Of a stretch of DNA of 64,000 nucleotides, positions 24,601-34,126 are shown in pieces. The stretch comes from Balanoglossus misakiensis (Eukaryota > Animalia > Hemichordata): the NCBI GenBank assembly GCA_040954595.2, contig JBECUI020000044.1, positions 1 through 64,000 of the forward strand. Direction: 5' to 3'. The notes under the pieces are model-generated. The model had not been told where the DNA came from and did not search any database. It saw only the letters and a program-made list of their open reading frames with translations. The position numbers were made by a program, and so were the translations under genes. Each line of letters opens with the position of its first letter. Within the stretch, counting starts at the first letter, position 1.

Positions 24601-27036
24601 ACCTCATATACGGCAGACTTCACCGTGACCGATGGCGGTATTGATAGGGCGGCAAACGAGGATATCCCCCTTTCTGTACAGCTGCAAAATGAGGCAGGTA
24701 CGCGAAGCACGGCATATACCACTGCGATTGCTCAGGCAAATGATGGCATTGATGCCAATATACCCAATGCACCCACAGCACTGATGCTAGATGCCGCAGA
24801 TGATACCGGCATTGCGGCAGACGACATCACCAGCCAAACCGATAATCTGACTATCACTGGCACGGCTGTGGCAAATAGCACGGTGACCTTATACGACACG
24901 GACGGCGCAACAGTGCTTGCAACCGTCACGGCAGGGGCAGATGGTGCCTTTAGTGTTGATGTGACGCTTAGCGGCGGGGAGCATACCATCACAGCGACAG
25001 CGACCGATGCGGCAGGCAATGAGAGTGCGCCAAGCACCCCGCTTGCGATAGCAATAGATACCACCGCACCTCTCCTTGACCTAGATAGCGCATCTGCAGA
25101 CACTGCCTATGCCGCTGATGTCGGCTCTGCTGCCCTACAAACAGGGGTTGCTATTAGCCATCAGGCGAGCATACGGGATGATGCCTATACATCCCCGCAG
25201 GCGACAGGGCGATTAACTGATGATGCCAACATTGCATTAAACGGTGCCAGTGGCGTTGATACTGTGGCCATAGCAGGTAGGACCTATGCGGTAATGGCAG
25301 GCTTTTATGACAGCGGCGTGCAGATTGTTGATATCAGCGATCCGCACAATCTTGTGGCTGTTGGCAGCCTGTTTGATGATGACAGCACGGCATTAAGCAG
25401 GGCCCGTGATGTTAAGGTCGTGACCTTGGTCGATCCTGCTACCGGCATGATTAATTCCTATGCGGTGGCGGTAGGCTTTTGGGACGACGGCGCGCAGATT
25501 ATTGATATCAGCGATCCGCACAATCCTGTGGCTGTTGGCAGCCTGTTTGATGATGACAGCAGGGCATTAGACGGTCCCACCGGCGTTGATATCGTCGTCA
25601 TAGACGAGGGGATCTATGCGCTGGTGGCAAGCAAACTTGACGACGGCGTGCAGATTATTGATATCAGCGACCCTGCCAATCCTGTGGCTGTAAGCAGCCT
25701 GTTTGATGATGACAGCAGGGCATTAGACGGTGCTTATGCCGTTAGGACTGCGGTCATAGGCAACAAGACCTATGCGGTGGTGGCAAGCGAAACCGACGAC
25801 AGCGTGCAGATTGTTGATATCAGTGATCCGCACAATCCTGTGGCTGTTGGCAGCCTGTTTGATGATGACAGCAGGCTATTAAACAAGGCGCAAGATCTTG
25901 ATATCGCGGTCATAAATGGCAGGACCTATGCGGTGGTGACAAGCTATAGTGACGACGGCGTGCAGATCATTGATATCAGTGATCCGGCTAACCCTGTCGC
26001 GGTAAGCGCGTTTATGGATACCGCCGACAGGGCATTAAACATTACCCGTGATGTTGAGATCGTGACCCTCCCTGATGCCGCCGGCACCGTCAAGACCTAT
26101 GCGGTGGTGACAAGCCAATATGACGACGGCGTGCAGATCATTGATATCAGCGACCCGGCTAATCCTATCGCAGTGGATGTCTTGCTTGATGATGCCGACA
26201 GGGAATTAAACGGTGCCCGCAGCGTTGCCTCTGCGGTCATCGCAGGCAAGCTCTATGTGGTGGCGACAACTACTATCGACGACGGCATACAGTTGATACG
26301 CTTAAGTGATGATCACGGCATACAAGAGATTAATATTGCCATCACCGGCATTGCTGGTACCGGCAACGAGGCATTGGCGCATGATGATGGCACGCAGATA
26401 CAAGGCTTATTCTCACTAGGGGCAGATCAAGGCTTGACTAATCAGACCATTGGTACTGTCGCCGGTCTGTCGCTTGTGTGGACAGCAGCTACAGATAGCT
26501 TGACCGTCTCTAAGACGGATGGCAGCGCATTAACAAGCGCACAGAGCAATATGATCGTAGATGCCCTACGCTATCAAGACAGCTTGAGCAATCCCAATGA
26601 GCAAGTGCAGTTTGCAGTGAGCGCAACGGATGCGGCGGGCAATGTGTCTGACGCGGTCACCACAACGATCACGGTTGCCAATACCATTATCGTAGATGCA
26701 AGCAATATCGCCTCGCTGGCTGCTACGGATGCTACGGATATATTTGATTACGGTGCTGTAGTAATCGGTGATTCTATCATTGACGACTTTGCCGTAGGCG
26801 CAGGCGGCGACCGATTGGATCTGGCAGACCTATTAGACTACGATCCGAACACGGCAGGCAAGGATGATATCCATGCCTTTTTGACAATTAATACATTGGG
26901 TGGCGCCGGCGGCGATGTCATACTCGCTATTGATGTCAATGGTGATGGTAGCGGTGCGGACTTTAGTATTACCTTAAGCGGTATCGGTACTGTCGCTGGG
27001 CCCGACCTAAGAGACGATAACTTCATCCTTATATAA
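14790..27036 (+). CDS. Giant T1SS-secreted adhesin-like protein B (~4,080 aa): duplicated N-terminal domain, Ig-like domains including an SbsA/Big_5-like one, five stalk units (three with 7-repeat propellers), C-terminal type I secretion target domain
   Basis: GAGGAG RBS then ATG 14790. The 5' ~1.2 kb is frameshifted, followed by an uninterrupted 3679-aa ORF (15997-27036). Acidic, rich in Thr/Ala/Asp, essentially Cys-free. C-terminus DIFDY..IDDFAVGAGGDRLDLADLL..IDVNGDGSG..ITLSG. Confidence 0.9.
20662..21777 (+). repeat. LVIVD-type repeat cassette P6 (7 repeats; counterpart of P1)
   Basis: Seven units; shares diagnostic blades GNPYDLD and DADGGGRELALNDPIG..SKSGDDG with P1. Confidence 0.9.
22948..24048 (+). 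repeat. LVIVD-type repeat cassette P7 (7 repeats; blades 2-7 are counterparts of P4)
   Basis: Seven units; shares GRLAHGSDGSVL, ASIIDDG and AAPAD with P4. Confidence 0.9.
25207..26304 (+). repeat. LVIVD-type repeat cassette P8 (7 repeats)
   Basis: Seven units; SLFDDDS recurs in four blades. Confidence 0.9.
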
Positions 27037-27174
27037 GTGCATCGTCTATCACTAACACGCACATTGCCCTTGCCCTAAGGAACGCAGAATCAAAACGACT
27101 ATTCTTTGACGGGTTTTGTGGGAAAACGATTATTTGTTATAGTAGTAGGTGTACAAATAAGATAAGGATTGAGC

Positions 27175-27597
27175 ATGAATAGATTAAATATTGCAAGGAC
27201 GTTGGTTGTGGTAGGTTTTCTTATTGGGCTTATGAGCTTATGGATGACATTTCGGCATATTGCCGACCCAACTTATTTGTTAATCCCGGAGTTTACGAAA
27301 GGAAGCACGCATGCTTGGTATCATGCTTTTCGGGAGGTTGTTGGAGATATCGCTGCTATGACGGTTATCCTGTTTGTTTTTTTTGGTAAGCCTATGGTTA
27401 GGAATGCTACGACTTGGTGGATTTGTTTGGTTTTGATGGTCGGTTATTACGCTCCGTTTTGGATTGGCACACCTTTTGTTGCTGAGCTTGCCGCGCCGCA
27501 TTTGAAGGCAGAGTTAGTTCATATTCTAATGGCGGCCTTCCCTGTTACGGGCTTGTTCTTCGCACGCAAAGACTTTTTTGTAGGCGAGCAGGCTTAG
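27175..27597 (+). CDS. Hypothetical integral membrane protein (~4 TM segments)
   Basis: AAGGA RBS before ATG 27175; four hydrophobic stretches; HAWYHAFRE motif. Confidence 0.7.
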   Translation: MNRLNIARTLVVVGFLIGLMSLWMTFRHIADPTYLLIPEFTKGSTHAWYHAFREVVGDIAAMTVILFVFFGKPMVRNATTWWICLVLMVGYYAPFWIGTPFVAELAAPHLKAELVHILMAAFPVTGLFFARKDFFVGEQA

Positions 27598-28346
27598 ACA
27601 AGAAGGGTATTTAATAGGGCGATGTCAACGACGGATTTGCCGTTATCATCGCCGCTTGCCTTGGTAAAGGCGAGGCCAGTGTCGCCTAGATGATTAACGA
27701 CTAAGGATGCCCCTGCAAAGTCGTCGCCTTTTGTATAATTATGCGTTGTGATTACGGTACGTAATCCCGCACTAAGCGCTGCTAGGTTGCCATTTTCGGT
27801 GTCTTCAATGGCAATACATGTATGGGGTGATACACCAAGATGCGCGATGACATGTTGGTAAACGACGGGGGAAGGCTTTTTGTTTGGGACGATGTCGCTT
27901 GTTGCTATCGCGTCAAACAGTTGTTCAGGTTCGGTCTTGAAAATTTTGGCGAATAAGGTTTGAAGATTGGCGGTTGATGAGTTCGTGGCAATGGCAAGTT
28001 TCACCCCCTTTTCTTTGGCTTCGTTAATTAGCCTGATGACGCCGGGGCGAGCTTGAAGATCTTCGCTTTCTATTAGCGAACGGTAGCACTTTGATTTGTA
28101 ACGATGTAATTTGAGAATAAACTTTTCGGGGTCTTTAATGCTACTTTTGAGAATCTTGTCTTCGCTTAAACATTTTCTAAAACGCTCTTTGCCGCCGGAG
28201 ATGGTTAATAGCTTGCGGTATTCTGCCTTTGACCAATGCCAGTTGAGATTGCATTTCGCAAAGCCAAAATTAAACGCCTGACGATGCAATTCTTCAGTAT
28301 CTGCTATGGTTCCATCTAAATCAAAGAGAATGCCTGTCAATTTCAT
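27594..28346 (-). CDS. cbbY: HAD-superfamily hydrolase, CbbY-like
   Basis: LFDLDGTIADTEELHRQAFN, ISGGKERF, KKPSP and AIEDT..G motifs. Confidence 0.75.
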   Translation of the reverse strand: MKLTGILFDLDGTIADTEELHRQAFNFGFAKCNLNWHWSKAEYRKLLTISGGKERFRKCLSEDKILKSSIKDPEKFILKLHRYKSKCYRSLIESEDLQARPGVIRLINEAKEKGVKLAIATNSSTANLQTLFAKIFKTEPEQLFDAIATSDIVPNKKPSPVVYQHVIAHLGVSPHTCIAIEDTENGNLAALSAGLRTVITTHNYTKGDDFAGASLVVNHLGDTGLAFTKASGDDNGKSVVDIALLNTLLV

Positions 28347-28429
28347 TGTGAGTACGGTGTTAGCGTTAAATCAATCGGTCTTGTCATCGCTATCTTAAGG
28401 GAGTCAGCACAATAAATAGGGCCTTGTTC

Positions 28430-28458
28430 TTGACAATTGCACCGATAGAAAAGACAAT
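28430..28458 (+). promoter_or_regulatory. Possible sigma70 promoter for tRNA-Met
   Basis: TTGACA-N17-GACAAT about 60 nt upstream of the tRNA. Confidence 0.35.
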
Positions 28459-28517
28459 TTTATACATCGTTGCCGATTTGAGTATTTATGTTTTAGAAAT
28501 AAGAGTGATTATATAAT

Positions 28518-28594
28518 GGCTATGTAGCTCAGCAGGTTAGAGCACGGCACTCATAACGCCGGGGTCGGTAGTTCAAGTCTACCCATAGCCACCA
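28518..28594 (+). tRNA. tRNA-Met (CAT), elongator type
   Basis: GGCTATGTAGCTCAG...CTCATAA...GTTCAAGT...CATAGCCACCA; 77 nt, resembles E. coli metT. Confidence 0.92.
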
Positions 28595-28623
28595 TTTCTT
28601 ACGCCATGCACAAAGACCCAGCA

Positions 28624-29355
28624 TTACAATAGCGCTTCTAACAGGGCGCCGACCCTTTTTAGCCCTACCTCTAAATGCACCTTGATTGTGTCTTCCGTGA
28701 TAGGGGCTTTTGTTTTCCCCGCCGCCCAATTTACAACGACAGCGCAACAAGCATAGTCTATGGCTAGCTCTCTTGCCAGATAGGCCTCCGGCATCGCAGT
28801 CATACCGACAACGTCGCAACCGTCATTTTCCAATCTCACTATCTCTGCTGCCGTTTCCAGTCTCGGTCCTTGTGTCACTGCATAAACAGCGGCGGGGTGA
28901 TGATCAATGTTACCTCTGAGCGCAGCGCCAATTAAGCGTTCGCGCAAACGGCTTGCAAAAGGATGTGTAAAATCAAAGTGCCGTAGCCCGCCTTTGGTAT
29001 TCTCATAGAAGGAGGCTGCACGCCCTTGGGTGTAATCAATGAGCTGATCGGGTATTACCATACGGCTTGGTGCCATCTTTGATGTGATACCGCCTACCGT
29101 ATTGATAGCGATGATGTTACTTGCTCCTAATTCTTTTAATGCCCATATATTGGCGCGGTAATTGATTTGGTGTGGGTAGAAAGTGCTTGGGTTACCATGC
29201 CTTGCCAGATATATTATATCGGTTTCTCCTATCTTGCCTCTTGCGATAGCAGCAGAAGGCTTGCCCCATGGGGTGTCAACCTCAATCTCATCCGTGATCT
29301 CAAGGGAGGGTAATTGGGCTGACCCCGCACCACCGATAAGCGCTAATTTTGCCAT
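28624..29355 (-). CDS. S-methyl-5'-thioinosine/thioadenosine phosphorylase (MTAP/PNP family)
   Basis: IGGAG, LARHG, NYRANIWAL, PDQLIDYT, QGPRLETAAE and VGMTAMPEA motifs. Confidence 0.9.
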   Translation of the reverse strand: MAKLALIGGAGSAQLPSLEITDEIEVDTPWGKPSAAIARGKIGETDIIYLARHGNPSTFYPHQINYRANIWALKELGASNIIAINTVGGITSKMAPSRMVIPDQLIDYTQGRAASFYENTKGGLRHFDFTHPFASRLRERLIGAALRGNIDHHPAAVYAVTQGPRLETAAEIVRLENDGCDVVGMTAMPEAYLARELAIDYACCAVVVNWAAGKTKAPITEDTIKVHLEVGLKRVGALLEALL

Positions 29356-29909
29356 TATAAGGTATAGATATGTGTTTGGTTGCGATGGTATTCGTGATAG
29401 TCCATGCCATACCCGAATACGTATTTATTCGGCGCGGTTAGACCGCAAAAATCAGCGTGCTTCATGACCCTATTGTCTAAGCGTTTTTCAATGAGAACAG
29501 CAGTCAATACGCTCTTTGCGCCCGCCTGATAACAATACTTGGTGATATCTGATAAGGTGACACCCTGATCCAAAATATCATCTATCAATAATATCGTTCT
29601 CTCTTTTAGCGAGATGTCGGGCTTTTTTAACCATTGCAATTCGCCGCCGTCTGTTTTGCCACGATAACGTGTTGCATGAATATAATCTATCTGTAACGGA
29701 AAGTTTAATTGAGGAATGAGCCGTCCCGCAAATACAATTCCTCCCAACATAATCGGTATTACCAAAGGATTAGTGTGATTTAGTTTATCCGTAATCGCGC
29801 TTGCCATTTGTACGATGGTATTTTCTATCTCATCTTTACTGTATAGTCGTTGCGCCCGCCTTAGTACATCTTGGTAGTCTGCAGGTAGTAGGGGTCGTCC
29901 CTTACCCAT
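29355..29909 (-). CDS. hpt: Hypoxanthine-guanine phosphoribosyltransferase
   Basis: ILLIDDILDQGVTL PRPP motif; HATRY; YVFGYGMDY. Confidence 0.9.
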   Translation of the reverse strand: MGKGRPLLPADYQDVLRRAQRLYSKDEIENTIVQMASAITDKLNHTNPLVIPIMLGGIVFAGRLIPQLNFPLQIDYIHATRYRGKTDGGELQWLKKPDISLKERTILLIDDILDQGVTLSDITKYCYQAGAKSVLTAVLIEKRLDNRVMKHADFCGLTAPNKYVFGYGMDYHEYHRNQTHIYTL

Positions 29910-30792
29910 CGCGCTTGGGCCTGTTTAATTTGTGTCGCCCAACCCAATCCCCTGCAAACTGCCGTGCAGAACGCCCACTGCGCGAGCCGCGCTCAAGCGC
30001 CCATCTGAGTGCCGCCTTTTTTGTCTTTTCCCTATCACCTGTCTTGTGGCCGCCTAATACGGTTAACCAATATCCCACAATTTTAAGATATTGATCTTGG
30101 TTAAACGGATGAAAGGCAAGCCACACCCCAAAACGCTCAGAAAGCGAGAGCTTTTCTTCTACCGCTTCATTAAAATGCAGCTCTCTACGTGGCACGCCCT
30201 TGCGAGGGTTGTTTTCATCTTGGTATTCGGGCAATAAATGACGGCGATTGGAGGTTGCGTAAATCAATATATTGCTCGGCGTGCTGCCTAATGAGCCGTC
30301 AATCGCAGTCTTTATCGCCTTATAACCGGCATCGTTTTCTTCAAATGAAAGGTCATCGCAATACAGAATGAAATGCCCTTTTTTATTCCTTAGTTGCGAA
30401 AAGATAAGGTCAATGTGTGTGAGGGTGTCTTTTGTCATCTCAATTAAGGACAAGCCCCTTTTTTGGTACTCGTTTAGCAATGCCTTGATCAAAGACGATT
30501 TGCCAGTGCCTTTTGGCCCCCATAACAAGACGTTGTTAGACGGCAAACCCGCTAGGAATTGCTTTGTGTTTTGGATCACCCTCTCTTTTTGAGAATCAAT
30601 ACATTGTAGGTCTGTTAGTTTAATATCGGAAGTATGTGTGATTTTATGAAAAAAGAATCGCTGTCCGTATTGTCTCCATTGATATCCTCCACCGCTTAAG
30701 CGAGATGTCGTTTTTGCAAGCGGCGGCATAAACGATTCCACCTTGTCAAGCAATGATTCCAGCCGCTTTAATATATTTTTTATTTTTGACAT
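29902..30792 (-). CDS. DUF815-family AAA+ ATP-binding protein
   Basis: NNVLLWGPKGTGKSS, CDDLSFE, YATSNRRHL, EEKLSLSERFG, GSRSGRSA. Confidence 0.88.
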   Translation of the reverse strand: MSKIKNILKRLESLLDKVESFMPPLAKTTSRLSGGGYQWRQYGQRFFFHKITHTSDIKLTDLQCIDSQKERVIQNTKQFLAGLPSNNVLLWGPKGTGKSSLIKALLNEYQKRGLSLIEMTKDTLTHIDLIFSQLRNKKGHFILYCDDLSFEENDAGYKAIKTAIDGSLGSTPSNILIYATSNRRHLLPEYQDENNPRKGVPRRELHFNEAVEEKLSLSERFGVWLAFHPFNQDQYLKIVGYWLTVLGGHKTGDREKTKKAALRWALERGSRSGRSARQFAGDWVGRHKLNRPKRDG

Positions 30793-30878
30793 CGGGTATT
30801 GAAGCGTTTAACGTTTGGCGGTAAGCGTTGATTATACTGCAGGGAAAATACAATACAAACCTAAGGAGAAACCCGGCT

Positions 30879-31184
30879 ATGTTTTATGCCATTATGTGTC
30901 AAGATGTCAAAGAGAGTTTGGAGAAGAGAAAGCGCGTTAGAGGAGAACATATAGCACGTCTGCAGCGTCTGCAAGATGAAGGGCGTTTATTGGTCGCAGG
31001 ACCCCATCCTATTGTTGATAGCAAGGAGGCGACCGCTGCCGGTTTTAGCGGCAGCTTGATTATCGCCGAATTTGATTCTCTTGAAGAGGCGCAAATTTGG
31101 TCTGATGCGGACCCTTATATTAAAACAGGCGTGTATGATAAGGTCGTCGTTAAGCCCTTCAAAAAAACCCTTCCCAGTGCCTAG
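30879..31184 (+). CDS. yciI: YciI family protein
   Basis: [27 protein letters not shown]; AAGGAG RBS before ATG 30879. Confidence 0.9.
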   Translation: MFYAIMCQDVKESLEKRKRVRGEHIARLQRLQDEGRLLVAGPHPIVDSKEATAAGFSGSLIIAEFDSLEEAQIWSDADPYIKTGVYDKVVVKPFKKTLPSA

Positions 31185-31482
31185 AGAAAAACACAGGATT
31201 AAGGAGATACGCCAACGTCTTTGGCTAAGACTTAAACCCGATGAGATAGATATCATAGATGAGTCCCATCTCCATATAGGGCATCATGGACACGGCGGCG
31301 CCGGGCATTTTAAGCTCTATATTGTTTCAAAGGCATTTGATAATCTTGCCGTCCTAGCAAGACACCGCATAGTCTATGCCGCTTTAGAAGACATGATGCG
31401 CACGGAGATTCATGCCCTTTCTATAACGGCGATTGCAAGCAATGAGAGGCGTGATTTGCCTGATAATGCAAGCAGATCATAA
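31177..31482 (+). CDS. bolA: BolA family protein
   Basis: [31 protein letters not shown]; GTG start overlapping the yciI end. Confidence 0.85.
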   Translation: MPREKHRIKEIRQRLWLRLKPDEIDIIDESHLHIGHHGHGGAGHFKLYIVSKAFDNLAVLARHRIVYAALEDMMRTEIHALSITAIASNERRDLPDNASRS

Positions 31483-31496
31483 AAAGGTGTGTTGTT

Positions 31497-32627
31497 ATGT
31501 CTGATACGCTTGCGCTCGCAAAGGCATTAGTAAACCGCAAATCAGTTACACCCCTAGATGCAGGCTGCCAAGCACTGATTGCTAAACGCTTGGAGAAGCT
31601 TAACTTTAAGGCAATGCCGCTGCGTTTTGGTGAGGTTGATAATTTATGGTTGACGCATGGCGATGGTATGCCGCTGTTTGTCTTTGCAGGCCATACCGAT
31701 GTCGTTTCCGCAGGCGCATTGTCGGATTGGGCGACGGCGCCTTTCTACGCAACGGTTAAAGACGGCTTTTTATATGGTCGTGGGGTGGCAGATATGAAGG
31801 GAGGCATTGCCGCGATGGTAACCGCCGCCGAACAATTTGTAACCGGCAATCCGCATCATAACGGCACACTTGCGTTTCTGCTTACCAGTGATGAAGAAGG
31901 CCCTGCAGTTGATGGCACCTGCAAGGTTATAGATTATTTGAATGAACACCAGATTAAGATTACTTGGTGCGTCATAGGCGAGCCCTCCGCCCATAAACAA
32001 GTAGGCGATGTGATACGCATCGGGCGGCGCGGCTCACTAAACGGGCACTTGACGATACATGGAAAACAAGGACATGTCGCCTATCCCGAACATACCGATA
32101 ACCCAATCCATAGGGCAAGCGCATTCCTAAAAGACATCACCGCAATTAAATGGGATAAAGGAGATGCGGACTTTTCTCCAACCAGTTTTCAAATATCAAA
32201 TATCAATGCAGGCATAGGAATGGAAAATGTTGTGCCTGCTACGCTTAATCTATCGTTTAATTTCCGCTTCTCACCTGCGGTTTCCCAAGCGGAATTACAA
32301 GATAAGGTGACCACGCTTTTACAAAAATATGACATTGCTTATGACCTCAAATGGCGCTTGTCCGGATTGCCGTTTCTTACCTCTTCGGGCAAGCTGCTTG
32401 AGGCAAGCCGTAAGGCAATTTTGTCTACCTGTGGCATAGATGTCCTTTGCTCAACAGATGGCGGGACCTCTGATGGACGATTTATCGCACCGACAGGCGC
32501 AGAGGTCATCGAGCTTGGGCTTGTTAATGATACTATTCATCAGGTTAACGAGCGTGTTAGGGTTGATGATTTGGCGGTATTGTCTAATCTCTACCACAAT
32601 ATCATCAGCCAACTTTTTAAGCCCTAG
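31497..32627 (+). CDS. dapE: Succinyl-diaminopimelate desuccinylase
   Basis: [44 protein letters not shown]. Confidence 0.95.
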   Translation: MSDTLALAKALVNRKSVTPLDAGCQALIAKRLEKLNFKAMPLRFGEVDNLWLTHGDGMPLFVFAGHTDVVSAGALSDWATAPFYATVKDGFLYGRGVADMKGGIAAMVTAAEQFVTGNPHHNGTLAFLLTSDEEGPAVDGTCKVIDYLNEHQIKITWCVIGEPSAHKQVGDVIRIGRRGSLNGHLTIHGKQGHVAYPEHTDNPIHRASAFLKDITAIKWDKGDADFSPTSFQISNINAGIGMENVVPATLNLSFNFRFSPAVSQAELQDKVTTLLQKYDIAYDLKWRLSGLPFLTSSGKLLEASRKAILSTCGIDVLCSTDGGTSDGRFIAPTGAEVIELGLVNDTIHQVNERVRVDDLAVLSNLYHNIISQLFKP

Positions 32628-32752
32628 CGCACTTTAACCTTAAGGACAAGGACGGTGTTTGTGTAAGGACTACATTGCAAGTTGGTTTTTTGATACTATG
32701 CACCGTACTTGGTTTAATCAAACAATCTTATCATTTATTGAGAGGGGGTAAT

Positions 32753-34021
32753 ATGTTTACCAAAGACATGACGGTAGCAGGGTTTGATGACGAACTCTTT
32801 GCTGCTATGGAGGCAGAACGTAGGCGACAAGAAGAACATATAGAATTAATCGCATCTGAGAATATGACCAGCCCCAGGGTGATGGAATGCCAACGCTCTG
32901 TTTTGACAAATAAATATGCTGAAGGTTACCCCGGCAAACGTTACTATGGCGGGTGTGAGCATGTTGATGTTGTTGAAGAGCTTGCCATTAACCGAGTTAA
33001 GACACTATTTGGCGCTGATTGGGCAAATGTTCAAGCACACTCAGGGTCACAAGCAAACGGTGCGGTCTATCACGCCCTCTTGGAACCCGGCGATCACATT
33101 ATGGGGATGAGTCTTGCGCATGGCGGACACTTGACCCATGGCGCTAATGTCAATATATCGGGCCGCATCTATACCGCTTTACAATATGGCTTAAATACGG
33201 ATACAGGCGAGATAGATTATGACGAAGCAGAAAGACTAGCCTTACAGCATAAACCTAAACTTATCATCACCGGTTTTTCTGCGTATTCCAGGATTGTTGA
33301 TTGGCAGCGCTTTCGCGATATCGCCGATAAAGTAGGCGCCTTTATGATGGCCGATATTGCCCATGTCGCAGGGTTGGTCGCAACAGGAGAATACCCAAGC
33401 CCCGTGCAGATTGCCGATGTGACAACCACCACCACCCATAAGACCTTGCGCGGACCGCGTTCCGGGTTGATTATGGGTAAGGCAAATGAGGAGATACAGA
33501 AAAAGGTTAATTTCACGGTATTTCCGTCCTATCAGGGAGGACCCTTGATGCATACTATTGCGGCAAAGGCAGTCGCACTTAAGGAGGCTATGACACCCGA
33601 GTTTAAGGTCTATATTCAGCACGTGAAAAAGAATGCCAAGGCCATGGCGGAAACCTTTATGGAACGTGGCTTGAAAATTGTTTCCGGCGGTACGGATAAC
33701 CATCTTTTCTTAGTTGATATGGTTGATAAAGGACTTACGGGTAAAGCAGTAGATGCGGCATTGGGCCGCGCTAACATTACAGCCAATAAAAATGCTGTGC
33801 CAAATGACCCGCAATCTCCTTTTGTTACGAGCGGTATCCGCATCGGCACCCCTTCTATTACAACACGCGGCTTTGATGAGGCAGACTCAAAACAGGTTGC
33901 CCATTGGTGCTGCGACATCATGGATAACATTGAAAATGAATCTGTTATTGAGCGTGTTAAAAATGAGGTGCTTGCCCTTTGCAAGGCCAAGCCTTTGTAT
34001 GAAGCTAATCAAGATTTGTAA
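32753..34021 (+). CDS. glyA: Serine hydroxymethyltransferase
   Basis: [35 protein letters not shown]; ATG 32753 after GAGGGGG. Confidence 0.97.
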   Translation: MFTKDMTVAGFDDELFAAMEAERRRQEEHIELIASENMTSPRVMECQRSVLTNKYAEGYPGKRYYGGCEHVDVVEELAINRVKTLFGADWANVQAHSGSQANGAVYHALLEPGDHIMGMSLAHGGHLTHGANVNISGRIYTALQYGLNTDTGEIDYDEAERLALQHKPKLIITGFSAYSRIVDWQRFRDIADKVGAFMMADIAHVAGLVATGEYPSPVQIADVTTTTTHKTLRGPRSGLIMGKANEEIQKKVNFTVFPSYQGGPLMHTIAAKAVALKEAMTPEFKVYIQHVKKNAKAMAETFMERGLKIVSGGTDNHLFLVDMVDKGLTGKAVDAALGRANITANKNAVPNDPQSPFVTSGIRIGTPSITTRGFDEADSKQVAHWCCDIMDNIENESVIERVKNEVLALCKAKPLYEANQDL

Positions 34022-34126
34022 GAATCACTCCCTTAAAGACGCTAAAACAGCTAGAAGGTGTCGTATCAGCATTGCTTTGCGCTTAGCGCATGATGTGTTC
34101 TGAAGCTTGACCTAAGGAGGCGCAAG

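Noticed and set aside
2507-26304. CRISPR-like periodicity (conserved ~30-nt blocks about every 150 nt)
   Set aside because: The repeats are in-frame protein-coding blades, the intervening sequences are homologous to each other, and no cas genes are present.
2507-26304. Diversity-generating retroelement as the source of loop variation
   Set aside because: No reverse transcriptase or TR/VR pair in the window; differences are not adenine-restricted and include indels.
365-27062. Recurring minus-strand ORFs (MKSAVY..., MSADALS..., MPVTVT...) in the adhesin region
   Set aside because: Antisense shadows of the repetitive + strand frame; they recur only because the sense modules recur.
28518-28594. 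tRNA-Met as integration site for an adhesin island
   Set aside because: The adhesins lie on the tRNA 5' side, I found no duplicated tRNA 3' end, and there is no integrase.
28529-28819. ORFs overlapping tRNAs (28529-28819 and 42187-42381)
   Set aside because: Spurious translations of tRNA and antisense sequence.
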